NCBI RefSeq assembly: GCF_004010195.1
Contig: NC_057718.1
Coordinates: forward strand, 64,300,744-64,364,598
Reading direction: 5' to 3'
Source: Chiloscyllium plagiosum
Lineage: Eukaryota
DNA: 63,855 nt
Position 1 is the stretch's first letter. Each line of letters begins with the position of its first letter. Below, one piece after another: positions 51,961 through 63,855 of this stretch. The notes under the pieces are model-generated. The model was not told where the DNA came from, did not search any database, and was given only the letters and a program-made list of their open reading frames with translations. A program made the position numbers and the translations under genes.

Positions 51961-52359
51961 TGTCATTATTGATAATGGCCAAAATGATCTAAATGAACTT
52001 TTTAAACTATATTCTGGCCTATCAAAGTATCATACCCATGAAAATTACTTGGAGCTACATTGTAGAATGAGAAAAGAAAAAGAATTGCTTAGCACCACCA
52101 TGTGACTGAAATTGGGAACAGCAATTTTTCAATCTGAATCTTTCAACGTTTGACAGCAAATCTCAGTGATATTTTAAAATATGAAATCTAATTAGTTAAA
52201 TAAAACACAAAAGCGATGACAATGCAGGCGATTAGTCTCTGTGTAGCATGTTGTAGATATCTGTTTGATTCACAGCAACCACATTTGTAGCATTTATGTG
52301 CAGCTCAAGGAAGTTTGGCACAGATATGTTGAACTGGAGTTCAAAATTCAGACACTGTA

Positions 52360-54050
52360 ATGCCTCAAGTTAGGATATGTTACTTGGATATTTTGCAGTC
52401 AGACTGGGCTGCCCATTCTCTCCTGCTTTGTCTGTGTGCTGTATAGAGCTATTTGCCGAGTCTGTCAGGAAGGATGTGAGCCTGAGAGGGGGGAGATATT
52501 CCTGCAGCGAGAGCCTACAGGTTAAGGCCTCCCTGTAACATGGATGATGTAGCTGTTTTCTGCTCAGATCCACTGTCAGTGTGCAGACTTATGTGCACCT
52601 GTGACCAGTTTGAACAGGCCTTGGGATCCAAGGTAAATCGAGGCAAGAGCAAGGCCATGCGCTTTGGAAAATGGGCCGACCAATCTTCGCCATCAGAACA
52701 GATCACCTGAAGGTGCTGGGTATTTGGCTCGGATGGGCTGGGGTGTGCACCAAGTCTTGGGAGGAATGTGCCACTAAAATGAGGCAGAAACTGGGCAGAT
52801 TGGAGCACTGATCGCTTTCCATGATGGGTAAAATCCTAATCATCAGGTGTAAGGTACTCTCAGTGTTGTTGTATGTGGTGCAGGTCTGGCCTATTCCCTA
52901 AACCTGCGCTGCCGCAGTCACCTGGGCCATCTTCCTCTTCATGTGGAGATTGAAGATGGACCGTATCTGAAGGGACACAATGTATAAAGATCTAGACAAA
53001 GAGGGAGAAAACATACCCAATGCTACCCCCCCGAAGGCAACTTTTGTGTGCAGCTACAACAAGCTGTGCATGGATCCCCGGTACGCAAACACCAAGTGTC
53101 ACTATGCATTGAGGTTCTACCTGTCCCCGGTGTTGTGAAGGATGGGCCTGGCCTTGCTGCGAAGGACCTTTTCAAGTATTTGGACCGTTCCGTATCACCT
53201 GTCCTTCGTGGAGAAATGTGTGAAGAAAAACACCTTTGACCACAAGTCCATCAGGAAGTGGTCAGCATATAGCATCCTTGAGAACTTGCGGGAAAGGAGG
53301 GGGCAGATCCTGTTGAGCGGTTCCCTGGGCAGACTGTCAACGTCGTTTGGCAGAATGCCTCATTGCAGAACTTTCAAACAAACAACAGCACATGGCTTGG
53401 CTGATGGTGAGAAGGGCTCTGCCGATGAGATCCTTTATGCATGCCTGGACTCTCTGCTCCACCGCACGCTGCCTTCGAAATGGCTGTGGAGGGGAAGAGA
53501 CTGGAATGTGCCTACGCAAAGGACGTCTGCAGAGAAATGCAGTGGTGTTTGTCAAGGTTTGTCCCAAGCAGCTCTGTGACATGGGACACTGTGCTCTACA
53601 GTCTGTTTCCCGGGATGCACACTGAGATGAGCATCAACTGTGCCTGGAGGACCATCAACTCAGTGAAAGATGCTCTTTGGTCTGCCCAAAGCTTGCTGGT
53701 TTTCCAGTTGAAGGAGTTGACCCCGACTGAGTGTTGCAGACTGGCACATTCCAAGGTCAGGACTACGTGCTGAGGGACGTGCTGAAGTTTGGGGCAGCTG
53801 CTGCCAAGGCGTGGTGGGAAAAGATCACTGTGTAAGGTCCTTCTGCCAGAGAATAACAGAGGTCCATTCAGTAATTGGGCCCCACTGATGCCTCAGCTAA
53901 ATACCAAGTTGTTGACAGTAATCATAGAGAATTGTGAACATCAACGACTGGATTTGTTCTCAGAAAGTGCACATCTGAATGGCATCATCAACTGCACATG
54001 TACCAAAGATTTCTTTCAATGAATAAAGCATATTTTTGAAATAAAAAAAT
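52360..54050 (+). mobile_element. Tx1/L1-clade non-LTR retrotransposon 3' portion
   Basis: LQVKASL..MDDVAVFCSD RT, AWLMVRRALP..C..C zinc-finger region, AATAAA and A-tail near 54021-54049. Confidence 0.8.
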
Positions 54051-54541
54051 GTTCCTTGGATATTTTGTTCTAGCAGTCAGACATATCCTTTGGGCTTAGA
54101 AGTTCAGAGTTAGTCCTTGGTCAGTGCACACGAGGCAGGTCAGTGGATCTGGGAGTTAGCACTCAGCACAATTACTGGAAATATCAAGGCACTCATTTTA
54201 GAGATTAACTCTTCCAATATCTCTTCAAGGATGTTCACTGCCTTTTGAAAAAAGAACTGTTGACAAAACCATACACTTCCTGAATGTTGAAACCTTCATT
54301 TTTTTTATTGGATGAACCTTAATTATGTCCAGATGACCTGAGCTTGGTGCTACCTACATTTCTGACAAGGACTCTCCACAACTATCCTGGTCTTTAGCAC
54401 CCGACACTGCTCACATGTGATCAGGACCACACCATCCAACAATCTTACATTACTTCTCATGCAGGACCTATTTTAGTGTGTGAATGTTGAAGGGTGTGCA
54501 CAAGTCATGTAAGTAATACTCCAATAAGCATTCCTCAATCT

Positions 54542-54765
54542 TCAAAGTTTGTGAGAAGATTTGTAGCTCGGGTGCTCGTTGTTGTGGTTCTGTTCGCTGA
54601 GCTGGGAATTTATGTTGCAGACGTTTCGTCCCCTGTCCCCTGTCCCGTGTCCCCTGTCCCCTGTGAAGGCTTCATAGGAGGCTCCCAAGCACTGAGGATG
54701 TCACCTAGACAGGGGTCGAAATGTCTGCAACACAAATTCCCAGCTTGGCGAACAGAACTACAACA
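54542..54765. mobile_element. Fold-back PLE pLTR pair
   Basis: Tailed minus arm, (cccctgt)n junction, plus arm; flanked by catt(c/t)tcaatct-type 13-bp repeat (54529-54541 / 54764-54776). Confidence 0.85.
54689..54728 (+). ncRNA. Minimal hammerhead ribozyme motif
   Basis: GCA CTGAGGA T GTCACCT-AGAC-AGGGGTC GAAAT GTC TGC. Confidence 0.6.
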
Positions 54766-55759
54766 TTCTTCAATCTGTTCCCTCAGCATTGTAAGGGACC
54801 TGTGAGAGATGAAAGAAATGGGTTAGTATAAATATTGAAAAAGGGGACAAACTCAGCGTAATGCTCACCATGACAGTTCTGTTATTGGTGGAATAACATT
54901 AATCAATATAAAGTGATTGTTAAGTGCTAAGTGGTAGTGCATCACCTATGTTTCTCCATTGACAAAGTTCAGGCTCTGTGCCAGCCTGTTAAACACCAAA
55001 GTATCCTCGTTCATTGTGTTATGGGTGCCAATATTTGCAGATCCCCGTAGCTGTCTCTCCCTTTCCCTGGAATTCTGTATTCTCTTCTCCAATGAGGGAA
55101 AACAGAAAGTTATAGGTTTGTAAAGTGGAATGTGTTGAGAATAAAATGTAGAATGTGACTGTGAGTGATGGAGGTGAGATGGCAATAGCATTATGGTGTG
55201 TGTGTTGTCTGTTCAGAATTTTGAGGAGGCAGCTGAAGAGAGAGAGGAATGTGTGAAGGCGTGTCAGTCAGAGGAGTGATAGCTCCAGCAGAGTTAGAGA
55301 ACTGTGGACCTGTTTCTCCAGAGACACTGCTTCTCACTTCACGGGTACTGCCAGAGATGCTGAGGCTTTGCAGCATTTTTTGTTTTTCTTTAAGAATTAC
55401 ATTAATTGCAACATTTTGTTTTAATTATACTTCATTTGGCTGTTTTTAATTTTGCTTATCCCAATGCACCCTTTGGTTCAAATCCTCCTATGAGCTGAAG
55501 TTACACCTCAGCTTTGTCTCCTTTATGAAGTAATTTCTCAAACAGTCGGTCTCTTCTTCAAGTTAAGTGCAATACTGATCTCATGTTTACCTCTTTTAAT
55601 GTTTACTATTCTTATTGGATCATGTTTATCCCTTTAAACAATTGATTTCCACTGATGTTCCCAACACCCATCTGAATTTAGCAACTTTCTTCTTTTCCTT
55701 TGAATGTACTTAGGTATGCTCTTTAATAAATGTACAGCTGACAGGTAAGACATCTGACA

Positions 55760-56940
55760 GAGTTCATCCTCAGTTCACTGACCATTATATATGGGCTGCC
55801 CATGATACACAAAAGTCATGTTTCTTTATGCTTGATCATGTGTATAACCAGTTCTGCACAAAATAAACTGGCCATACAGTTGGGTGAATTGCTACAACCT
55901 GTTTTAAGCAGGTTTTCCACAAAAACAGTGAAGATTCCTTCACATTTGCAAAGACCATAAAGTATATCAATGAATGCAATGTCCATGTGCTGAATTTGAC
56001 ATTGCTAGCCTATTCAGCAATGTGCTCCTCAAGGTAGACATCTGGACTGCAGCAACATTTCATGGTGATCTACAGCCACCACAATTGTGTGAATCAGTAT
56101 TCCTTGAAATAATGAACTCAGCAGCATGCACAGTTCAGCTTTAAAACCACTTTCTATGGTGAAACAGGTGGTGTTGCCATAAGATCCCCACTAGACTTTT
56201 TTATCTTTGTTGGCTTCTATGAGAAACATGACTTCACTGGAATGACACATAACTTCCTAGCCCATGCCTAGTTTGATACATAGATGATACATTTGCGATG
56301 TATACATATAGCTGTAAGAATTTCCTTCCATTTCTAAGTGGGCTCCATCCTGCATTCAAATTCATGTTTGAAATGGAGTAGTCAAATTATCTCCCTTTCC
56401 TCAATACTATAGTTGAGAAATGGACCAGGAAATTATTCACCACTGTCCACCACAATCCTACAATTACTGGTCAGTATCCATATTGGGATTTTTCTTGTTC
56501 CAGGCTCTATAAGATTGGCCTTATTGGCAGTGTCATTATTAAGGACTGAGCCATTTCTTTACCATGCAAACTCGGTGTTGAAATTGAGAGTGTCAAAGCC
56601 ATTCTGCATGATAATGACCACCTTTGATCATATCATTTATTGTGAAATCTCATAGGTTTCAGGCTTTTAGTTCTGAAAAGTGCCTAGTGTGTCTCAGATT
56701 ACCTGGAAAGGTAAGGTACCTCAAAAGTTTGAAGTTAGCTGTTTTGTGCTGCTACAATGCAGAAGCAACATGAGTGGTATTTACTCCTAACAGGATACTG
56801 CCATCAAAACAAAAAATGTTCTGTCTTTCACACAACTGAGTAATATGGTATGTGAGTTTCAGTGCTGGTGGGATGACAGATATGTAGGTCATATATCTCA
56901 AAAACTGACAAATTATTATCAAAGAACATTATGCCTGATA
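55760..56940 (+). mobile_element. Old PLE RT/GIY-YIG remnant
   Basis: FDIASLFSNV, GVAIRSPL, YIDDTFA, LHPAFKFMFE, VCEFQCW..RYVGH remnants; probably continues at 57770-58250 after SINE insertions. Confidence 0.65.
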
Positions 56941-57064
56941 CTTTACAGTGTGATTGGCAGCTCCAATTTATTATGCACCTTTTAACATGAGGCTATTAAT
57001 TTTTTTATAAGGGAATACTTATTTGTACAAAGTGTTTGTTTTTATAAGGGATTATACAACTGAA

Positions 57065-57305
57065 GGGGCAACTGCCTGTATGGAGTTTGCACATTCTCCC
57101 TGTGTCTAACTGAGTTTGTCCGGGAGCTCCAGTTTCCCTCCCACAGTCCAAAGATATGGATTTGGCCATGCTAATTGCCCATATTGTCCAGGGATGTGTA
57201 GGTTAGTGGATTGGCCATGGAAAATGCAGCATTACAGGACTACAGTGCAGGTGTGGGTTGAGGAGGAATGCTGTTCGGAGGTTCAGTGTGAACTGCATGG
57301 GCCAG
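57065..57305 (+). mobile_element. HE1-like V-SINE fragment
   Basis: gtatggagtttgcacattctccctgtgtc..cctcccacagtccaaagat V-domain. Confidence 0.75.
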
Positions 57306-57411
57306 GTGACACTATAACATATGCATTTGACTGTCCACAACAAAAAAGGTACTGACCATACTCAAAAATCACAATAGTCTCCAACGTCATATGTGATTTT
57401 CCAATTGGATT

Positions 57412-57765
57412 GGTGATGGCCCAGTGGTATCATCACTAGACTATTAATTCAAAGACACAAGTAATGTTCTGGGCACCTGGGTTTCAATCCCTTAATGGCA
57501 GATGGTGGAATTTGAATTCAATAAAAATCTGAAATTAAGAATCTAATGATGACCATGAAACAATTATTGATTGTTGAAAAAACCCACCTGATTCACTAAT
57601 GTCCTTTAAGGAAAGAAACTGCCAACCTTACCTGGTCTGGCCTACATATGACTCCAGAGCCACAGCAATGTGATTAACTCTTAACTGTCCTCTGGGTAAT
57701 TAAGGATTGACAATAAATGCAGGCCTAGCTAGTGATACCAACATCCTGTGAATAAATTAAAAAGA
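57412..57765 (+). mobile_element. tRNA-derived SINE with L2-like tail
   Basis: A box tggcccagtgg, B box gggtttcaatccc; homologous to 60775-61120. Confidence 0.7.
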
Positions 57766-58464
57766 AAATTGGACAAAATTTGCTGGATAATCCTTAGTAT
57801 GTGTAGAGTTACACTGACAAACAATTTTCATTTGTAGGTTGGGCTTGCTGTGTGGCGGACTTGCATGTACTGTCGCTATGTACATTAATATATAGGACTC
57901 TGTACTTTGCAGACAGAAAGAATATGGATATGTGAACAGGTATTGTACTTGTTTTGACTCAGCAAACTAAATGACAGATATTCGCTGGTTCATTTCTCAG
58001 GGCATTGTCTTGACCAATCAGAATCAACCTGCCAGGTTTAAATTTAAACAATGCTTGGCAGTTCATCAACTATCAATCACCATTAACTGATGCATTCCCC
58101 TGGGCATTACTGTACGCCAACCAAATAGCATTTTTCTGCCAGCGGTATAAATTCATTTTCCCTTAAATTCGTCTTCTTGAGAATTATCTTAATGAATGCA
58201 AACAAGATGCTCTGACCAAATGTGTTTTTATCAGCAATGTTCAAATATACATTTGCAATATTATCCTCCTTACTTTGTTTTAAGTTAAGGATCAAGTTGT
58301 TAGTTCATCTCATTTCCATTGCTTATTCTTGCTAAGATTTTACCCTATTTCCTCTTTAAACTCTAGATGATATTTGGTCCATGGAAAATTTATAATCAAC
58401 TGAAAACTCCACATCATTGAATAGATTTTAAATTGCTAGAAATGCTATGAGTATTGTTAGACAA

Positions 58465-59750
58465 AATTTTTATTTCAAAATTATACTTTTGCATAAAATT
58501 ATCTTCAGAGAAACGGTGTTTTGTATAGTAGCGAATGAATAAACAAACAGTGGAGTTTGACTCTATATAATGAACAAACCAAAGGCATTTCTTACTTATA
58601 CAAGATTATATTTACATATATTTGAGGCATCGGAAGGGTCCAATAACAGAACAGACCCCTGATTAACTTCAGCCAAAAGATTTTAGATGGTGGTCTTTCC
58701 CCTCTGCACTTTGGTGGCAGCTGCCCCAAGCTTTAGTACATCCCTCAGCACATAGTCCTAGACCTTGGAATGTGCCAATACTCAGTCAAGGAGGAGGAGG
58801 TGAGGACTGCAGACGCTGGAAATCAGAGTCAAAACATGTGCTGGATAAGCACAGCTGGTCAGGCAGCATGTGAGGAACAGGAGATCAACTCTTTTCTTTG
58901 GAAGACCAACAGATTTTGGGCAGACCAAACAACATCTTTCATCGAGTTGATGGTCCTCCAGGCACGTTCCACGTTTGTCTTGGTGTGCATCCCATGGAGC
59001 AGACCGAGGAGCACAGAGTCCTGGTGTCATAGAGCTGCTTGGGATTACTTTGACAAAAACCACTACATCTTTCTCTAGACTTCCTTTGCAAAGGCACATT
59101 CCAGTAGGACATGTGTGACATTCTCCACACCCCCACCCCTTCTGCAGTCACTTTGAGGGCAGAGTACAGTGGTGCAGACCGACTGGATGTACATGAAGGA
59201 TCGCACAGGTAGTGCCCTTTTCACCACCAGCCAAATTAAATCTTGGTGCCTGTTGGAAAGTTCTGGTGATGAGGCATTCTGCCAAAAGACTTTGACAGTC
59301 AGCTCAGGGAACCACGTGACAGGATCCACGTGGAGGATCCTGCAGGGTCTCAAGGATGCTATGTGCTGACCACTTCCTGATGGACTTGTGGTCAAAGGCA
59401 TTTTTTTTGCAAATTTCTCCACGAAGGACAGGTGATACAGAATGGTCCAACAACTTGGAGCAATCCATGGCAACACAATCCGTCCCATCCTTCACAACAC
59501 TGGGGACAGGTAGAATGTATGTGGTGCCACCTGATGTTTGTATATCAAGGATGTTCGCACAGCTTGATGCAGCCACACACAAAGGTAGCCATCAGGATGA
59601 GGGCGAACAGAACCACAACAACGAGCTACAAATCTTCTCACAAACTTTGATGTTGGGTATGTTCGCCCCTCCTCCCCATTATCCAAGGGTTTTGTAAATG
59701 GAGTCCTTGCAGACACAGTCCATTTTAGACATCCACATGAAGTGGAAGAT
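58465..59750 (-). mobile_element. Tx1/L1-clade element 3' portion with two small PLE pLTR inserts (about 58795-58885 and 59602-59650)
   Basis: Antisense homologue of 52950-54050; ELSNRHQDLIWLVVKRALP..C..C..HVLLEC. Confidence 0.8.
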
Positions 59751-59949
59751 GCTCAGGGGGAAATAAATGATCCATTAAATATACCTCCCCTTTCCCCAGA
59801 ACAAAATGTTCAGGCTGTTTCTTGGGACCTAGTTGGTCATCAACATTTTTTTAATTGTATTTTTATTGTTTTTTTCATGCAATGTTTGCCTGGGCACCGT
59901 TTGGTTGGATTGCTGGGATCTTTCAACACATTATTCTTTTCTGTTGAGA

Positions 59950-60560
59950 CCTCCTTCTATCAGCGCCGGATGAAATCCACAATTGTTGCAAGCCGTTTCC
60001 ATGGTTCCTTGGCGACCCGGAATGCAATTTCTCATTGGACCGAGCAGTACGGCTGAGACACATTGAATATAGAGGCAGACGATGCTGCAGGGAGGCTAAT
60101 GGCCGTCAGAACTGACAAAATACGTCCAACCTGCATCTGGGTTGCTTTGAAAAGACTTGACTTGAACGGTAGGAACAGCACCAGTCAGGGCTGACGGCTA
60201 GGTTCTGTTTATTTTGCTGCTTATAATAACATGTTTCAGAGCAGAAAGAGCTTATTGCCCTCAAGGAAGATTTATTGAAACGTGGCTGCGTATATAATTG
60301 AATAAGGAGGTTCAAAAAAGACGATTAAAATAATGGGGAGACTTAGTCGCTGTAAATAACATACAGATATCCCGGTAAAATAGGGGGAGAGCGGATGTGA
60401 AAAGAATTAGAAATAGTGGAAACGGAAAATAGCTGTCTGCTCAGTTAGATTTGTCAAAACATCACCTCGCGGTTTCACACCCCGTTCAAAGGGAGAGGGG
60501 GACCGAAATACCCGTGATAGGGTCGACGTTAACACGGAGAGGAAAGTTACTTCTGGAAAA
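59950..60560. promoter_or_regulatory. Candidate promoter (CpG-enriched, X-box-like and CCAAT motifs) of an unidentified transcript
   Basis: Non-repeat CpG-enriched segment; GTTTCCATGGTTCC (59995-60008) overlapping GTTCCTTGGCGAC (60004-60016); inverted CCAAT (ATTGG) near 60034. Confidence 0.4.
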
Positions 60561-60774
60561 AAATAAGATTTCCCTGCAAAATATACTTATTCCTAATATT
60601 TATAAAACATAACAGCTGAAAATTGACATTAGATGAAGTGCAGTACAGATCAGTTAGTTTCTTCACAGTATGTCACATTCTCAGGCCTAATGGTACTCAG
60701 TTAAAAGCAGTGTTGGGATGTTGGGATCTGAAATACATGCAGCCTGTCCTGAAGAAACTAAGCAGGTCTAGCAG

Positions 60775-61120
60775 ACTGGTATAGTGGAATTATCACTGGA
60801 TTGTTATCCTGAAATGCATGACTAGGGACACAGGTTTTAATTCCACCATGAAAGATAGTGACATTTGAACTTAGTTAAGAAATATGCAATTTTAAAAAAG
60901 GCTATGGATGACCAGGAAACGATTGTTGTAAAAACTCATCTGGTTGTCCTTTAGGGAAGGAAGATCTGCCATCCTCCCCTAATCAGTATATAACTCCAGA
61001 CCTACAGCAAAGTGGTTAACTCTTTACTGCCCTATGGAATGGCCAAGCATGTTCCTCAAGTCAACGGCATTTGGGATGGGCAACAAATGCTGGAAATGTT
61101 CAAATCCTGTGGAAAAAAAG
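60775..61120 (+). mobile_element. tRNA-derived SINE (same family as 57412-57765), degenerate
   Basis: Shared head, ctccagacctacagcaa core and gggcaacaaatgctgg tail. Confidence 0.65.
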
Positions 61121-62251
61121 TATTTGTATGAAGAAAAAGTGAACTTTTAAAAATCCAATATGACTTTGAACCCATGTACCTCCAATTACAGATACTGTTT
61201 ATTGTGGTCCACATCTCAGTGTTGATAACTGTGTGCATTGCTGCAGTCTGTGATCCTGGCTGCAGCAGCAGTGGATCAGTGCAGCATTGCTGTAAGGAAT
61301 GTAGGAGAAGGCAGACAAAGTGACAACAGCCTGCCCCTCCCCATCCAAGACATTAGCTGCCCCATTCAGTCAAGGTTTTAAAGGTATCAAGTCTTTAAGT
61401 CAGTGAGTAAAAGTATCAAATCTTTGAGTGAGGAGTTGAGTGGTTGAGTCAGGACATGGAGGTGCTGATGGGAGAGAGTGCTGGGTCAGGTCGAAGGTAG
61501 CATTAGTGGGTGGAATTGAGTCACTCTAGGTCAGAATGGGGGGTGGCGATGTAGTTCTTGGGTCAGAGGTTGGTATATGAAACTGAGTCATCTGCTTTGG
61601 GTTGAAGAGCAGTTGGATGGTGGTTGCAATTGACATAGTACCTCCTTCTTTACTTTCCATCTTGCCATTTATCCTGGAAGAGGGAGGTGGCTCTGTCTCC
61701 TTGTGGAGTTCAACAGTGGTGAAGGTGAATGCTCGGGTCTGTGGGAGAGCATTGTGGATATTGCTCCTGGGAGCTTGCAGTAGGATGAGAAGTGTTTAGG
61801 GCTTGAGGTGGGAACCTGTAATGATAAAGACAGAAGGATTAGAGTGCAGTGCATGTGGCCATTACTGGAGAATGTGTGTACGAGGATCTTACCTTGCTTC
61901 TGAATGAGGATAGGTTTCAGGGATTAGGATACAGGAAACTCCACAAACTAATACTAGTGCCCTGTTCTTTGCAGATAAGAAGAACATGTCCATACATTGT
62001 ATCTATTGAATGGAACAAAATAGGTGAGAGCCATTTGCTGGTTCATTTCTCAAGGCAATATCCCGACCTGAGTTACTCTGACTGGGTTCAAATTCTAAAC
62101 AAAGCCTGGCAGTTAACCCTCAATCAGCATTTATGGGCCACATTTATTAGCATTCTCCTGTCATGTAGGAAAAATGATGGTTTTCCTTTGAATGATTAAT
62201 TTTGGGAATGATCCTGACGAATGCAAGATGAAAACCCTTGGCAAAATTGAA

Positions 62252-63508
62252 TCATAGAGTCACAAAGATGTACAACACGGAAACAGACCCTTCGGTCCAA
62301 CCTGTCCATGCCGACCTGGTATCCCAACCCAATCTAGTCCCACCTGCCAGCACCTAGCCCACATCCCTCCAAACCGCCTATTCATATACCCATCCAAATG
62401 CCTTTTAAATGGTGCAATTGTACCAGCCTCCACCACTTCCTCTGGCAGCTCATTCCATACACGTACCATTCTATGCGTGAAAGAGTTGTCCCTTAGGTCT
62501 CATTTATATCTTTCCCCTCTCACCCTAAACCAATGCCCTCTAGTTCTAGACTCCCCCCACTCCAGGGAAGAGACTTTGTCTATTTATCCTACACATGATT
62601 TTGTATATCTCCATAAGGTCACCCCTCAGCCTCTGACGCTCCAGGGAAAAATAGCCCCAGCCTGTACAGCCTCTCCCTATAGCTCAAATCTTCCAACCCT
62701 GGCAACATCCTTGCAAATCTTTTCTGAACCTGAATGGGTTCAGATGTTTCACAACATCTTTCCGATAGGAAGGAGACCAGAATTGCACGCAATATTCCAA
62801 CAGTGGCCGAGCCGATGTCCTGTACAGTTGCAACATGACCTCCCAACTCCTGTACTCAATACCCTGACCAATAAAGGAAAGCATACCAAACGCCTTCTTC
62901 ACTATCCTATCTACTTGTGACTCCACTTTCAAGGCGCTAATAACCTGCACTTCAAGGTCTCTTTGTTCAGCAACACACCTTAGGACCTTACCAGTAAGTG
63001 TGTAAGATTTGCTTTCCCAAAATGCAGCACCTCGCATTTATCTGCTACTTTTCAGCCCAGTGACCCATCTGATCAAGATCCTGTTGTAACCTGAGGTAAT
63101 TTTCTTCGCTGTCCACTACACCTCCAATTTTGGTGTCATTTGCGAACTTACTAACTATATCTCTTATGCTCACATCCAAATCATTTATATAAATGATGAA
63201 AAGTAGAGGACCCAGCACTGATCCTTGTGACACTCCACCGGTCACAGGCCTCTAGTCTGAAAAACAACCCTCCACCACCACCCTCAGTCTTCTACCTTTG
63301 AGCCAGTTCTGTATCCAAATGGTGATTTCTCCCTGTTTTCCATGAGATCTAACCTTGCTAACCAGTCTCCCATGGGGAACCTTGTTGAATGCTTTACTGA
63401 AGTCCATATACATCACATCTACCGCTCTGCCCTCATCAATCCTCTTTGTTACTTCTTCAAAAAACTCAACCAAGTTTGTGAGACATAAATTCCCATGCAC
63501 AAAGCCAG
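62252..63508 (-). mobile_element. CR1 LINE, 5'-truncated
   Basis: MDFSKAFNKVPH, SQGSVLGPLLF, YCVQFWSP; tail atcatagagtcac. Confidence 0.92.
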
Positions 63509-63710
63509 GTTTTTAAAAAATATATTTTAAATATTACAACAAATACAAAACAATGCAATTCAAAACAGTACAAAAATAAACCCAAATAAACCAAGTTTGT
63601 GAGACATAAATTCCCATGCACAAAGCCAGGTTTTTAAAAAATATATTTTAAATATTACAACAAATACAAAACAATGCAATTCAAAACAGTACAAAAATAA
63701 ACCCAAATAA
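63468..63710. repeat. Perfect 121-bp tandem duplication
   Basis: aaccaagtttgtgagac...aaacccaaataa x2. Confidence 0.95.
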
Positions 63711-63855
63711 TAAAAAAAATTCCCCAACCCACCCTCCTGTACGAATGTATAAACATGTAGAGAAATATAAAATTAAAAAAAACCTAAACTAGCTATTTAA
63801 CTAAATAAATAAATAACTAACAACAAACAAATAAATAGTAATAACTCAGCCCAGC

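Noticed and set aside
57412..57495. Possible tRNA gene
   Set aside because: A/B boxes belong to a SINE head; no cloverleaf, and it is followed by SINE body.
59930..60002. Minus-strand ATG in strong Kozak context (METACNNCGFHPALIEGGLNRKE*)
   Set aside because: Stops after 23 codons with no convincing donor; the ATG is part of the X-box-like palindrome.
29000..63855. MPC1 exons, expected from tetrapod synteny upstream of SFT2D1
   Set aside because: I found no MPC1-like peptide by eye; it may lie outside the window.

Overview
Repeat-dense vertebrate genomic DNA, most likely from a shark or other elasmobranch (inferred from HE1-like V-SINEs and abundant CR1 LINEs). The only recognisable host gene is the 5' part of SFT2D1 on the minus strand: coding exons 1-3 at 28407-28469, 3322-3408 and 870-952, with a ~25 kb intron 1 and a CpG-rich promoter carrying a near-perfect RFX X-box. 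Most of the rest is decayed CR1, L2-like and Tx1/L1-clade LINEs, SINEs, a Tigger/pogo transposase remnant and many Penelope-like elements (PLEs). The most notable pattern is five TSD-flanked PLE insertions from about four families that share one fold-back design, from 0.2 to 3.5 kb: two inverted pLTR arms, one with an extra 25-40 nt tail. The arms carry minimal hammerhead ribozyme motifs, three of them on the SFT2D1 pre-mRNA strand. Also seen are candidate alternative SFT2D1 exons and a second X-box/CpG promoter-like island near 60 kb. Repeat boundaries were read by eye and are approximate.
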